Assembly: GCF_028683135.1 (NCBI RefSeq)
Contig: NZ_JAJUBB010000001.1
Location: forward strand, 554,277-578,276
Length of the DNA stretch: 24,000 nt
Source of the DNA: Enterovibrio qingdaonensis
GTDB lineage: Bacteria; Pseudomonadota; Gammaproteobacteria; Enterobacterales; Vibrionaceae
Reading direction: 5' to 3'
A program made the position numbers and the translations under genes. Of the stretch, positions 1 through 7,384 are shown one piece after another. Every line of letters starts with the position of its first letter. The stretch's first letter is position 1. The notes beneath the pieces were generated by a model that worked only from the letters and a program-made list of their open reading frames with translations, made no database searches and was not told the DNA's origin.

Positions 1-2
1 TG

Positions 3-242
3 GAAGAACAAGCGGAAGACGCGTTTGATATTCAAAATGGTGAAGACAAAGGATTGGTTTTCTATCGCTATCGCTTGTTCGAAGAAACAAATAATTTCCG
101 CGTTGCCTCGTTATATAACTTCACATTTAGCCACTCAAGCTATGTACAACTTGGTATTTACTTTAACGATGAGGATGCTTTTTCAAAGGCAAAAGCTATC
201 TGTCAAAGTTTAACATTCACAAACAAAATGCTATTGCACTAA
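3..242 (+). CDS. 3' end of a gene truncated by the window edge; hypothetical protein of unknown function
   Basis: The frame of the 54..242 ORF stays open back to nt 3 (EEQAEDAFDIQNGEDKGLVFYRYRLFEE...). It ends at TAA 240-242 and is followed by a hairpin terminator. I recognised no family motif. Confidence 0.5.
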   Translation, partial: EEQAEDAFDIQNGEDKGLVFYRYRLFEETNNFRVASLYNFTFSHSSYVQLGIYFNDEDAFSKAKAICQSLTFTNKMLLH

Positions 243-318
243 CCCTCCCTCGCATGTCGGTAAATAAACAATAGCCGACGCTTATTGACGTATATTGCGA
301 TTCTAAATCGTTTATGGC

Positions 319-360
319 GCGAGACGTAATTCGAAAAAAGTCTTCGTACGTCTCGCTTTC
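319..360 (+). terminator. Rho-independent terminator-like hairpin after the truncated gene
   Basis: The inverted repeat GCGAGACGTA (319-328) / TACGTCTCGC (347-356) is followed by TTTC. The loop is fairly long at 18 nt. Confidence 0.5.
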
Positions 361-662
361 ACAACACACCTCAATAACTTATCACCGTTAGGCTCTAAGA
401 AAACCCTGTCTGGCTTTTCACTAGACAGGAAATAAAAAGCACGTGAGCGATCGCTTTGGACAATATTTCACCATCCAAATAGATAGGTTTCCAGTGAAGG
501 ATACGATCACCCTCCAGAAGCTTGCCACCTCTCCCCGTTTAGGAGGAGGGAGACGCCGCACGCGTGTTATTAGAGCCGCCTTGCCTGCCAATGATGATAA
601 AACAAACTTGGTCACCTCGGCTTAGCGGCCTTCAGTCAAAAATGTAAACAGTCGGAGGTAAC

Positions 663-2093
663 ATGCAGACTGATATTCCAGAAGGTGCCAGAGCCCCACA
701 TTTTTGGGAGGCGATCATTTCGCTTTTATCCCTTGTTGTGGGCATCAGTATTTCTATTGTTCTATACGGTTTGGATCCACAAGTCCCCATGATGCTCGGT
801 GTCGTGGTAGCGAGTATCGTCGCGCTAAGATGCGGCTTCGCTTGGAAAGACATTCAGGGAGGTATGATCTCAGGGATTCATAACGCGCTACCCGCCATGA
901 TCATTTTGATGATTGTTGGATCTCTCATCGGCGTTTGGATCCTCGCTGGTGTCGTGCCTACACTGATTTTCTATGGCTTAAAAGTCTTAGCCCCTGAGGT
1001 TTTCCTCCCCGCTTGTGTCATTATTTGCGCCATTACATCTTTGGCTACGGGTACCAGTTGGGGAACAACAGGTACCATTGGTGTGGCATTAATGGGCGTA
1101 GGCGGTGGATTAGGTTTTCCTCTCCCTATCGTCGCGGGTGCGGTGCTTTCTGGTGCTTACTTTGGTGATAAAATGTCCCCTCTATCGGACACCACCAACC
1201 TTGCTCCTGCCATGGCGGGCACGGATCTGTTCACCCACATCAAGCACATGTCCTATACCACCAGCGTCAGCATTGGACTTACGATGATCATAGAAATCGT
1301 GATTGGACTTCAATACAGTGCTTCCACCAGCAACATTGAACGCATCAACTCTATCCTCACAACGCTTGACAGTACCTTCTTTATCAATCCCGTTTTGCTC
1401 TTGCCGCTCGTGATAGTGTTGTTTGTTTCGTATAAAAAAATGCCTGCCATCCCTGGCATCGCGCTGGGTGTCATTTCGGGTGCGATCTGTGCGGCAGGGC
1501 TCCAAGGTGCCGATTACAACGCTATAGCAAGTGCCGCGTTTGGCGGGTACGAATCAGCAACTGGTATTGACGATGTTGATTCCCTGTTGTCTCGTGGTGG
1601 TATGGATTCAATGATGTACACCATCAGCCTCATCATCGTCGCCATGATGTTTGGCGGCGTGATGGAACGAACAAACCAATTGAAAGTCATCGCAGATAAA
1701 GTATTGTCCGCTGCAAAATCCACGGGCTCACTCATTGTATCTACTGTTCTTACAGGGATAGGTGCGAACCTGATTTTGTGTGACCAGTACATGGCGATTG
1801 TGATGAGTGCACGAAGCTATGCCGAAGCGTATCGAGAGCGAGGGCTTGCACCGGAGAATCTCTCACGGGCCGTAGAAGACTCTGCGACGGTCACGGCAAA
1901 CCTTGTCCCTTGGAACTCAGGCGGGGCCTATCAGGCTGCGACCTTAGGCGTCGCGACGTTAGCCTATCTACCCTTCGCCTTTTTCTGCTGGTTGTCGCCT
2001 CTGGTCACCATTCTCTTTGGTGTTATGGGTTGGACGATCTGGAAAATCGGCGATGAAAAACCAAGAGAAGCGAGCGTAGAGCGAAACCTCTAG
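663..2093 (+). CDS. nhaC: NhaC-family Na+/H+ antiporter-type transporter (476 aa, polytopic)
   Basis: GGAGG lies 5 nt upstream of the ATG. The protein is hydrophobic and multi-TM. It has stretches typical of the NhaC family (GTSWGTTGTIGVALMGVG, GAYFGDKMSPLSDTTNLA, LVPWNSGGAY). The substrate cannot be read from the sequence. Confidence 0.8.
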   Translation: MQTDIPEGARAPHFWEAIISLLSLVVGISISIVLYGLDPQVPMMLGVVVASIVALRCGFAWKDIQGGMISGIHNALPAMIILMIVGSLIGVWILAGVVPTLIFYGLKVLAPEVFLPACVIICAITSLATGTSWGTTGTIGVALMGVGGGLGFPLPIVAGAVLSGAYFGDKMSPLSDTTNLAPAMAGTDLFTHIKHMSYTTSVSIGLTMIIEIVIGLQYSASTSNIERINSILTTLDSTFFINPVLLLPLVIVLFVSYKKMPAIPGIALGVISGAICAAGLQGADYNAIASAAFGGYESATGIDDVDSLLSRGGMDSMMYTISLIIVAMMFGGVMERTNQLKVIADKVLSAAKSTGSLIVSTVLTGIGANLILCDQYMAIVMSARSYAEAYRERGLAPENLSRAVEDSATVTANLVPWNSGGAYQAATLGVATLAYLPFAFFCWLSPLVTILFGVMGWTIWKIGDEKPREASVERNL

Positions 2094-2116
2094 CCAAACT
2101 TACCTAGTTCCACAAT

Positions 2117-2150
2117 GCGCTGATTGAACTCAATCAGCGCGATTTTCCGT
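2117..2150 (+). terminator. Rho-independent terminator after nhaC
   Basis: The stem GCGCTGATT (2117-2125) / AATCAGCGC (2132-2140) has a 6-nt loop and is followed by GATTTTCCGTTTC. Confidence 0.7.
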
Positions 2151-2171
2151 TTCTTCTGTCCTGCCCCCTGC

Positions 2172-2216
2172 ATTGCTAACCTATTGCGAATGCTTTGTGA
2201 GATTTCCGCGAGATTT
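2172..2216. promoter_or_regulatory. Two pairs of direct repeats phased at 11 bp, upstream of the adenylation-enzyme operon; candidate regulator binding sites
   Basis: ATTGC occurs at 2172-2176 and 2183-2187. GAGATTT occurs at 2199-2205 and 2210-2216. Both pairs have one-helical-turn spacing and lie 80-125 nt upstream of the GTG start at 2297. Confidence 0.3.
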
Positions 2217-2296
2217 AGTCACTAACTTCTTTAATACGTCGTCATTGCGCCCGTTTCAGGGGTGATTTGACTCCGTTTTACCAAGGAGAATAGATA

Positions 2297-3940
2297 GTGA
2301 CTGTCATCCTCAACTCTGTTTTATTTCCACCGTCACCGTCCGAACAACCATCAGCACATGGAAGTGTTTTTAATCTCGCCCCGCTATCAAAGCTATCTCC
2401 AGAAGACAGACGCAAGTTCGTTAAATACGGCCGAGGAAGACTAGAGAAACCTGCATTTAGCACTCTGAATCAAGCATTCGAATATCACGCAGCGCGCTCA
2501 CCGCATGCCATTGCCGCCATGCATGGAAGCCGAGCAATTTCCTACGGCGAGCTTAATCAAGAAGCAGAGAAACTTGCCACGCTTTTGCAAAAAGCAGGAG
2601 TGAAGCAGGGAGAGTCGGTCGGACTATTTATTACGCGCTCGATCCCTATGTTGGTCGGCATGTTAGCTTGCCTTAAAATTGGTGCTAACTATGTTCCGCA
2701 ACATGCCAATGTTGCCCCAGCCAAGCAGCTTGAGCACATCGTCGACGTTGCTAGAATTCGCATCATCCTTACTCTCTCAACGCATAGAAAACAGCTTCCT
2801 ACTTTTAACAACAGCATTGTTCTGGAACTCGATACCTTATTGAAGTCATTCGAGTTCCGCGCGTTGGATATTGCAGGAAAACGACCTACCAAGCCCAGTG
2901 ATGTCTGTTTTGTTTTATTTACCTCTGGAACAACGGGCAAACCAAATGGTGTTCAGGTCACTCACCGCAACGTATGCAATGTTGTTTTGACCTCCCCCGG
3001 CAACTTGGGGGTGACGCCGGGTATGCGTGTCGCACAGATCCTAAGCATCGCCTTTGATATGTCAGCATGGGAAATTTACGTCGCCCTTTGTCACGGTGCG
3101 ACACTGCTTATTCGTGACAGTGTCATTGAACACACAACCAGCAATGCGAACGTCATCATCGCCACGCCATCCATACTTGGGCAAATCAATCCAGATAACT
3201 GTGAAGACGTCAAAGTCGTTGCTGTGGCAGGCGAACCTTGCCCTCGCCCTCTTGCCGAAAAATGGGCAATCCAATGTCGTTTCTACAACGGTTGCGGCCC
3301 AACTGAAACGACCATTATCAACACAGCAAAATGGTTTCAAACTGGCGGAGCACTCACCATTGGTAAGCCCACTCCAAATAACACGATATACATATTGAAC
3401 GACTGCTATGAGCCTTGTGATATCGGTGAAATTGGTGAGATGTGGGCAGGAGGCGCGGGTGTTACCAAAGGGTATCTTGCCAATGCCTCCCTTAGCCAAG
3501 AAAGATATCGTCCCGACCCATTTTTAGGGGATGGTCATATTATGTTCCGCACGCGGGATTTGGGTCGTTGGACGGAAAATGGCGAACTGGAGCATTTCGG
3601 ACGTACCGACGATCAAGTCAAGATAAGAGGGTATCGCGTAGAACTCGATTCCGTCTCTGCCATTTTAGAAACGTTGGACAATTGTCGTCTTGCCATCACG
3701 ATGAAAGTCGACGCTGAAAAACTTGTCTCTTTTGTTGTTCCCGCTGTGATAGACGAAGCCACCGCAATCGCCCATGTGGCAGCTTCATTACCCTACTACT
3801 CAGTCCCAGCGAAAGTGATTGCGTTCGACCAACTGCCTTTGACGCCGCGCGGCAAAATCGACAAACGCAAACTGCTCGACATCTACAAGAACCACGCGTC
3901 ACCTTCGCACGAGCCGGACATCGGGAACAGTGCATCATGA
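2297..3940 (+). CDS. Stand-alone NRPS-type amino acid adenylation (AMP-binding) enzyme, 547 aa, with no carrier domain
   Basis: The GTG start has AAGGAG 9 nt upstream. A-domain core motifs appear in order: ISYGEL (A1), LKIGANYVPQH (A2, variant), FTSGTTGKPNG (A3), FDMSAWE (A4), NGCGPTE (A5), GEMWAGGAGVTKGY (A6), FRTRDLG (A7), GRTDDQVKIRGYRVEL (A8), LPYYSVP (A9), RGKIDKRKL (A10). The protein ends about 25 aa after A10. Confidence 0.85.
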   Translation: MTVILNSVLFPPSPSEQPSAHGSVFNLAPLSKLSPEDRRKFVKYGRGRLEKPAFSTLNQAFEYHAARSPHAIAAMHGSRAISYGELNQEAEKLATLLQKAGVKQGESVGLFITRSIPMLVGMLACLKIGANYVPQHANVAPAKQLEHIVDVARIRIILTLSTHRKQLPTFNNSIVLELDTLLKSFEFRALDIAGKRPTKPSDVCFVLFTSGTTGKPNGVQVTHRNVCNVVLTSPGNLGVTPGMRVAQILSIAFDMSAWEIYVALCHGATLLIRDSVIEHTTSNANVIIATPSILGQINPDNCEDVKVVAVAGEPCPRPLAEKWAIQCRFYNGCGPTETTIINTAKWFQTGGALTIGKPTPNNTIYILNDCYEPCDIGEIGEMWAGGAGVTKGYLANASLSQERYRPDPFLGDGHIMFRTRDLGRWTENGELEHFGRTDDQVKIRGYRVELDSVSAILETLDNCRLAITMKVDAEKLVSFVVPAVIDEATAIAHVAASLPYYSVPAKVIAFDQLPLTPRGKIDKRKLLDIYKNHASPSHEPDIGNSAS

Positions 3941-5274
3941 TGCTCCCCTATACCGACGTTCAATTGCCCCAAAAGCAACCTGCTCTTCGCCGTATATGGA
4001 AATATCCAGTGCTTGAGCACTATGTCCGTTTAATTATTCTGGTGAGTTCCGTCAATATAGCTTGGCTGATTTATGGATTGACCGATGGGGGATGGTTTAC
4101 GGCTTCGCACGTTGACTTGGCAAGCCTAAGTAACGCCGTTATTGGTAATTTTTTTATCGCGGTTATCGTTCGACAACAATACACCATCAATCTACTCTTT
4201 CGGCTTGCCACCCTCGCGCCAGTAACATGGCCATTGGCAGTTCGCTGGCATTTAGGAAAGGTTTATCACCACGGTGGGCTCCACAGCGGTAGCGCGGTCA
4301 ATGGCACCTTGTGGTTTTTCCTGTTTAGTGGAGGCTTAATCTATCAGCACCACGAAAATGCCGCCGAGATATCCACCGTAACCCTTTGGAGTACGGTGAT
4401 AATTAACGCCTTGCTGGTTATCATGATCGCAATGGCAATGCCAACGATACGCCGCAAGTTTCACAATGCGTTTGAAGCCACTCACCGCTTTGCTGGCTGG
4501 TTCATTCTGATCCTGTTCTGGATTCAAACCGTTTCGTTAGCCAAGAACATCAAACCAACAGATGATATCTGGACAACCGTACTACAAACGCCCGCATGCT
4601 GGCTTCTTGGCATCATGACGTTCAGTATCCTTCTGCCTTGGCTCAGATTGCGAAAAGTCCCTGTGCGGATTGATACTCCGTCCAAGCACGTCGCGTTGTT
4701 AAAATTTGACTACGGTGTTACACCGTTTGCGGGTTCATCCATGGCGATTAGTCGTTCTCCTCTGATGGAATGGCATCACTTCGCCAATGTGCCGTCTCCG
4801 ACTGAATCTGGCTATCGGTTAACGGTGTCGAGAGCTGGCGACTGGACCGGGCGTCTTATTGACGACAAACCTTCGCATTTATGGGTGAAAGGTATCCCCA
4901 CCGCGGGTGTTGCCAACATCGAAGTGCTGTTCAAACGCGTTGTCTATATTGCTACTGGCAGTGGTATCGGCCCTTGTTTACCGCACCTTTTGGCGCAAAA
5001 ACTTCCTATGTTGCTGGTCTGGTCAACACGAGATCCTCGGAAAACCTATGGCGATAAACTCGTGGACGAAATACTTGCAGCTCAACCTGATGCCATCATC
5101 TGGGATACCGATAAAGACGGCAAACCAGACATGGTTCACCTTGCGTATGCCGCCTACCAATCCTTCGATGCAGAGGCAGTGATTTGCATCTCCAACCAAA
5201 AACTCACCCGACAGGTTGTGTTCGGCATGGAAAGCAGAGGCATTCCGGCTTTTGGCGCAATTTGGGATTCCTGA
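3937..5274 (+). CDS. Polytopic membrane protein with a C-terminal FAD/NAD(P)-binding (FNR-like) module; NOX/ferric-reductase-like architecture, 445 aa
   Basis: Its start overlaps the upstream stop (ATGA at 3937-3940). It has about 6 predicted TM helices in residues 30-240, with His-rich segments (RWHLGKVYHHGGLHSG, HNAFEATHRFAGW). These are followed by EWHHF (nt 4768-4782, compare the HPF[ST] FAD-domain motif), YRLTVSRAGDWTG, and the nucleotide-binding-like IATGSGIGP (nt 4951 onward). Confidence 0.6.
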   Translation: MMLPYTDVQLPQKQPALRRIWKYPVLEHYVRLIILVSSVNIAWLIYGLTDGGWFTASHVDLASLSNAVIGNFFIAVIVRQQYTINLLFRLATLAPVTWPLAVRWHLGKVYHHGGLHSGSAVNGTLWFFLFSGGLIYQHHENAAEISTVTLWSTVIINALLVIMIAMAMPTIRRKFHNAFEATHRFAGWFILILFWIQTVSLAKNIKPTDDIWTTVLQTPACWLLGIMTFSILLPWLRLRKVPVRIDTPSKHVALLKFDYGVTPFAGSSMAISRSPLMEWHHFANVPSPTESGYRLTVSRAGDWTGRLIDDKPSHLWVKGIPTAGVANIEVLFKRVVYIATGSGIGPCLPHLLAQKLPMLLVWSTRDPRKTYGDKLVDEILAAQPDAIIWDTDKDGKPDMVHLAYAAYQSFDAEAVICISNQKLTRQVVFGMESRGIPAFGAIWDS

Positions 5275-5285
5275 CGGAGTAAAAC

Positions 5286-6050
5286 ATGCTTATTCAAACT
5301 GAGAAAATCCAAGGCGTTGTTATCCTGCGTCTGCACCGTCCCAGCAAACGAAATGCACTTTGTACCGCCCTGATGCAAGAAATGGTCACGACATTAACGC
5401 AATACGACAATGACCCTGATGTTGGGTGTTTCATCCTCACGGGCTCGGAGCAAGTGTTCGCTGCAGGTGCAGACATTAGCGAAATGGCCGACATGTCATA
5501 TCAGGAAATGACGGCAACTGACTATTTTGCAGGTTGGGAAGCGATTAGTCGGATACGAACCCCTATCGTCGCAGCCGTTGCTGGTTATGCGCTTGGCGGA
5601 GGTTGTGAGCTCGCCATGATGTGTGACACTATTTTTGCAGCGGAATCGGCACTATTTGGTCAACCAGAATTGACGATTGGCGTCATTCCAGGAATGGGAG
5701 GATCTCAACGACTGACTCATCTGGTAGGTAAATCAAAAGCAATCGACATGATACTGACGGGAAGAATGATGGACGCGGTTGAAGCTGAACGCGCTGGGTT
5801 GGTTTCTCGCGTTGTTCCCGACGATCAACTCATGCATGAGACCTTAGAAGCGGCGAAAACCATCGCCAGTTACAGTAAACCCGCTGTCATGCTCGCAAAA
5901 GAGTGCGTGCTGAATGCAGAGACGCTCTCTGTGGAAGCCGGCGTGAAATATGAACGTCGCGCCTTTCATGGTCTGTTTGCCACCGAAGACCAGAAAGAAG
6001 GCATGCACGCGTTCATCGAAAAACGAAAACCACACTTTACAGGGCATTAA
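5286..6050 (+). CDS. Enoyl-CoA hydratase/isomerase (crotonase superfamily), 254 aa
   Basis: GGAG lies 8 nt upstream of the ATG. Crotonase signatures are present: KRNAL, FAAGADISEM, AAVAGYALGGGCELAMMCD, FGQPELTIGVIPGMGGSQRL, and EGMHAFIEKRKP at the C-terminus. Confidence 0.9.
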   Translation: MLIQTEKIQGVVILRLHRPSKRNALCTALMQEMVTTLTQYDNDPDVGCFILTGSEQVFAAGADISEMADMSYQEMTATDYFAGWEAISRIRTPIVAAVAGYALGGGCELAMMCDTIFAAESALFGQPELTIGVIPGMGGSQRLTHLVGKSKAIDMILTGRMMDAVEAERAGLVSRVVPDDQLMHETLEAAKTIASYSKPAVMLAKECVLNAETLSVEAGVKYERRAFHGLFATEDQKEGMHAFIEKRKPHFTGH

Positions 6051-6063
6051 CCAGTGCTTAAAA

Positions 6064-6094
6064 CGGCAGGGCTCTCCTGTTCCTGCCAACTTTC
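6064..6094 (+). terminator. Weak terminator-like hairpin after the crotonase gene
   Basis: GGCAGG (6064-6069) / CCTGCC (6081-6086) has an 11-nt loop and is followed by AACTTTCT. The stem is short and the U-tract is poor. Confidence 0.3.
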
Positions 6095-6139
6095 TAGGCG
6101 GACTCCTCGGTGAATCTCTTCCATCATTCTTTGAGAAAG

Positions 6140-6155
6140 TGTCTAAATTTAGACA
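6140..6155. promoter_or_regulatory. Perfect 16-bp palindrome; candidate operator upstream of the adaptor/FUSC-like operon
   Basis: TGTCTAAATTTAGACA is an exact inverted repeat. An extra half-site-like TTAGAC lies at 6176-6181. The palindrome sits about 90-110 nt upstream of the 6245/6266 start codons. Confidence 0.4.
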
Positions 6156-6244
6156 GCTTACTGGATATCCTTTCCTTAGACTTATCCTTCTGCGTCAAGT
6201 CGCATAGGTCATAACTACAACCCATAAACGTTGTTATATGCCGA

Positions 6245-7384
6245 ATGGATGAAGGAATAAGAACAATGAGTGATGCCAATTCACCCGCAGACAGTGAGAG
6301 AAGCGCGCCATCTCAGACAGAAGCCGCCAACAGCGCGCGACGCATAACCTATTACTTGATCGGGATAGCATTGTTGGTATGGCTATATACTTTATGGGCT
6401 GACAGATTCACCCCCATGACTAATCACGGTCGTATCAACGGACAGCTTATCCGAATAACCCCACAAGTCTCCGGTCCCATCGCAAGTGTCTCTGTATTAA
6501 ACAACGCAGAAATACGCCGCGGACAACCGTTACTCGACATTGACCAACAACCCTTCCAGTTAGAAGTCAATGCTGCAAAATTAGCCCTTCAACAAGCCAC
6601 TTTGTCTGTAAGAGCGGACTCTGCCGCAATCGAAGCAGCAAAAGCGAATCAAGTGGCAGCAAGGGTTAAGTTGGTAAATGCAACACAACATGCGCAAAGA
6701 AACAAAACCTTGGCTCGAAGAAACGTCATTAGTCAATCCACCCTTGATGACAGCGTCGCTGCGGAAAACAGTGCCCAAGCTGCGCTCTCACAGGCAACTG
6801 CAGACTTACTCAAAGCCGAACAAGCCTTAGGGCCAAAAGGGAAAAATAACCCCCAAATAAAGTCAGCCCTGAACCGACTAGATCAGGCACTTCTCAATCT
6901 GTCCTACACACAATTAAATGCGCCCGCTTCCGGCGTCATTACCAACATGACGTTAGCGACAGGTGATTACGCATCACAAGGTAAACCAATACTCACCTAT
7001 ATCAATAATTACCATTTTTGGTTGACTGCCATGGTGCGCGAAAGCTCCTTGGTCTACATCGAAAAAGGCACGGTCGTAAAGGTCGTGCTTGACGCTTATC
7101 CCGGACAGATTTTTCACGGGGAGGTATCTTCTGTCGGTTGGGGAAGCAGCGGTAACGGCAACTTGCACGTCGATTCCGTCAATGGCTTGTTTGATTCGCC
7201 CAATGGACTTCAGCATGCACAACGTTTCCCTGTAAACATTCGCTTTTTCGACCTGCCTAAAGACATCAATCTTCGCTATGGCGGAAGAGCCACAGTCAGT
7301 TTCTACACGGGACAATCGTCATTGGGTGAGAGCCTGCTTGATGTATGGACATGGTGTTGGAGTTACCTAAGCTATGTTTCATAG
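6245..7384 (+). CDS. HlyD-family membrane fusion / periplasmic adaptor protein (EmrA/AaeA-like)
   Basis: It has a single N-terminal TM (ITYYLIGIALLVWLYTLW). Next come a lipoyl/hairpin-type region (INGQLIRITPQVSGPIASVSV...RRGQPLLDID), a long Ala/Gln-rich coiled coil, YTQLNAPASGVITNM and a beta-barrel tail. The likelier start is ATG 6266 (MSDANSP), which has GAAGGA 9 nt upstream. Confidence 0.8.
   Translation: MDEGIRTMSDANSPADSERSAPSQTEAANSARRITYYLIGIALLVWLYTLWADRFTPMTNHGRINGQLIRITPQVSGPIASVSVLNNAEIRRGQPLLDIDQQPFQLEVNAAKLALQQATLSVRADSAAIEAAKANQVAARVKLVNATQHAQRNKTLARRNVISQSTLDDSVAAENSAQAALSQATADLLKAEQALGPKGKNNPQIKSALNRLDQALLNLSYTQLNAPASGVITNMTLATGDYASQGKPILTYINNYHFWLTAMVRESSLVYIEKGTVVKVVLDAYPGQIFHGEVSSVGWGSSGNGNLHVDSVNGLFDSPNGLQHAQRFPVNIRFFDLPKDINLRYGGRATVSFYTGQSSLGESLLDVWTWCWSYLSYVS

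Noticed and set aside
421-625. ORFs 421..615 (-) 64 aa and 443..625 (+) 60 aa inside the nhaC leader
   Set aside because: Both use GTG starts without a usable Shine-Dalgarno sequence. They encode Arg/Pro-rich or low-complexity peptides with no recognisable motif, and they mirror each other on opposite strands. They are more likely non-coding leader sequence.
430-662. Lysine riboswitch (L-box) upstream of the NhaC-family gene
   Set aside because: I looked for the conserved core elements in order (AGAGGYGC ... GAGTA ... GGGGAG ... GCCGAAG ... TGG ... CTGTCA). Only isolated look-alikes occur, GCCGAGG and GGGGAGAGG, and only on the minus strand in the wrong order. It needs an Infernal scan before any claim.
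3062-3499. 145-aa minus-strand ORF, and the 114-aa plus-strand ORF at 3054..3398, inside the adenylation gene
   Set aside because: These are shadow ORFs lying entirely within a strongly supported CDS. They have no motifs or SD sequences.
5950-6207. 85-aa ORF overlapping the crotonase 3' end and extending into the intergenic region
   Set aside because: It is in an alternate frame of a strong CDS. Its downstream part covers the hairpin and the palindrome, which are better explained as regulatory DNA.
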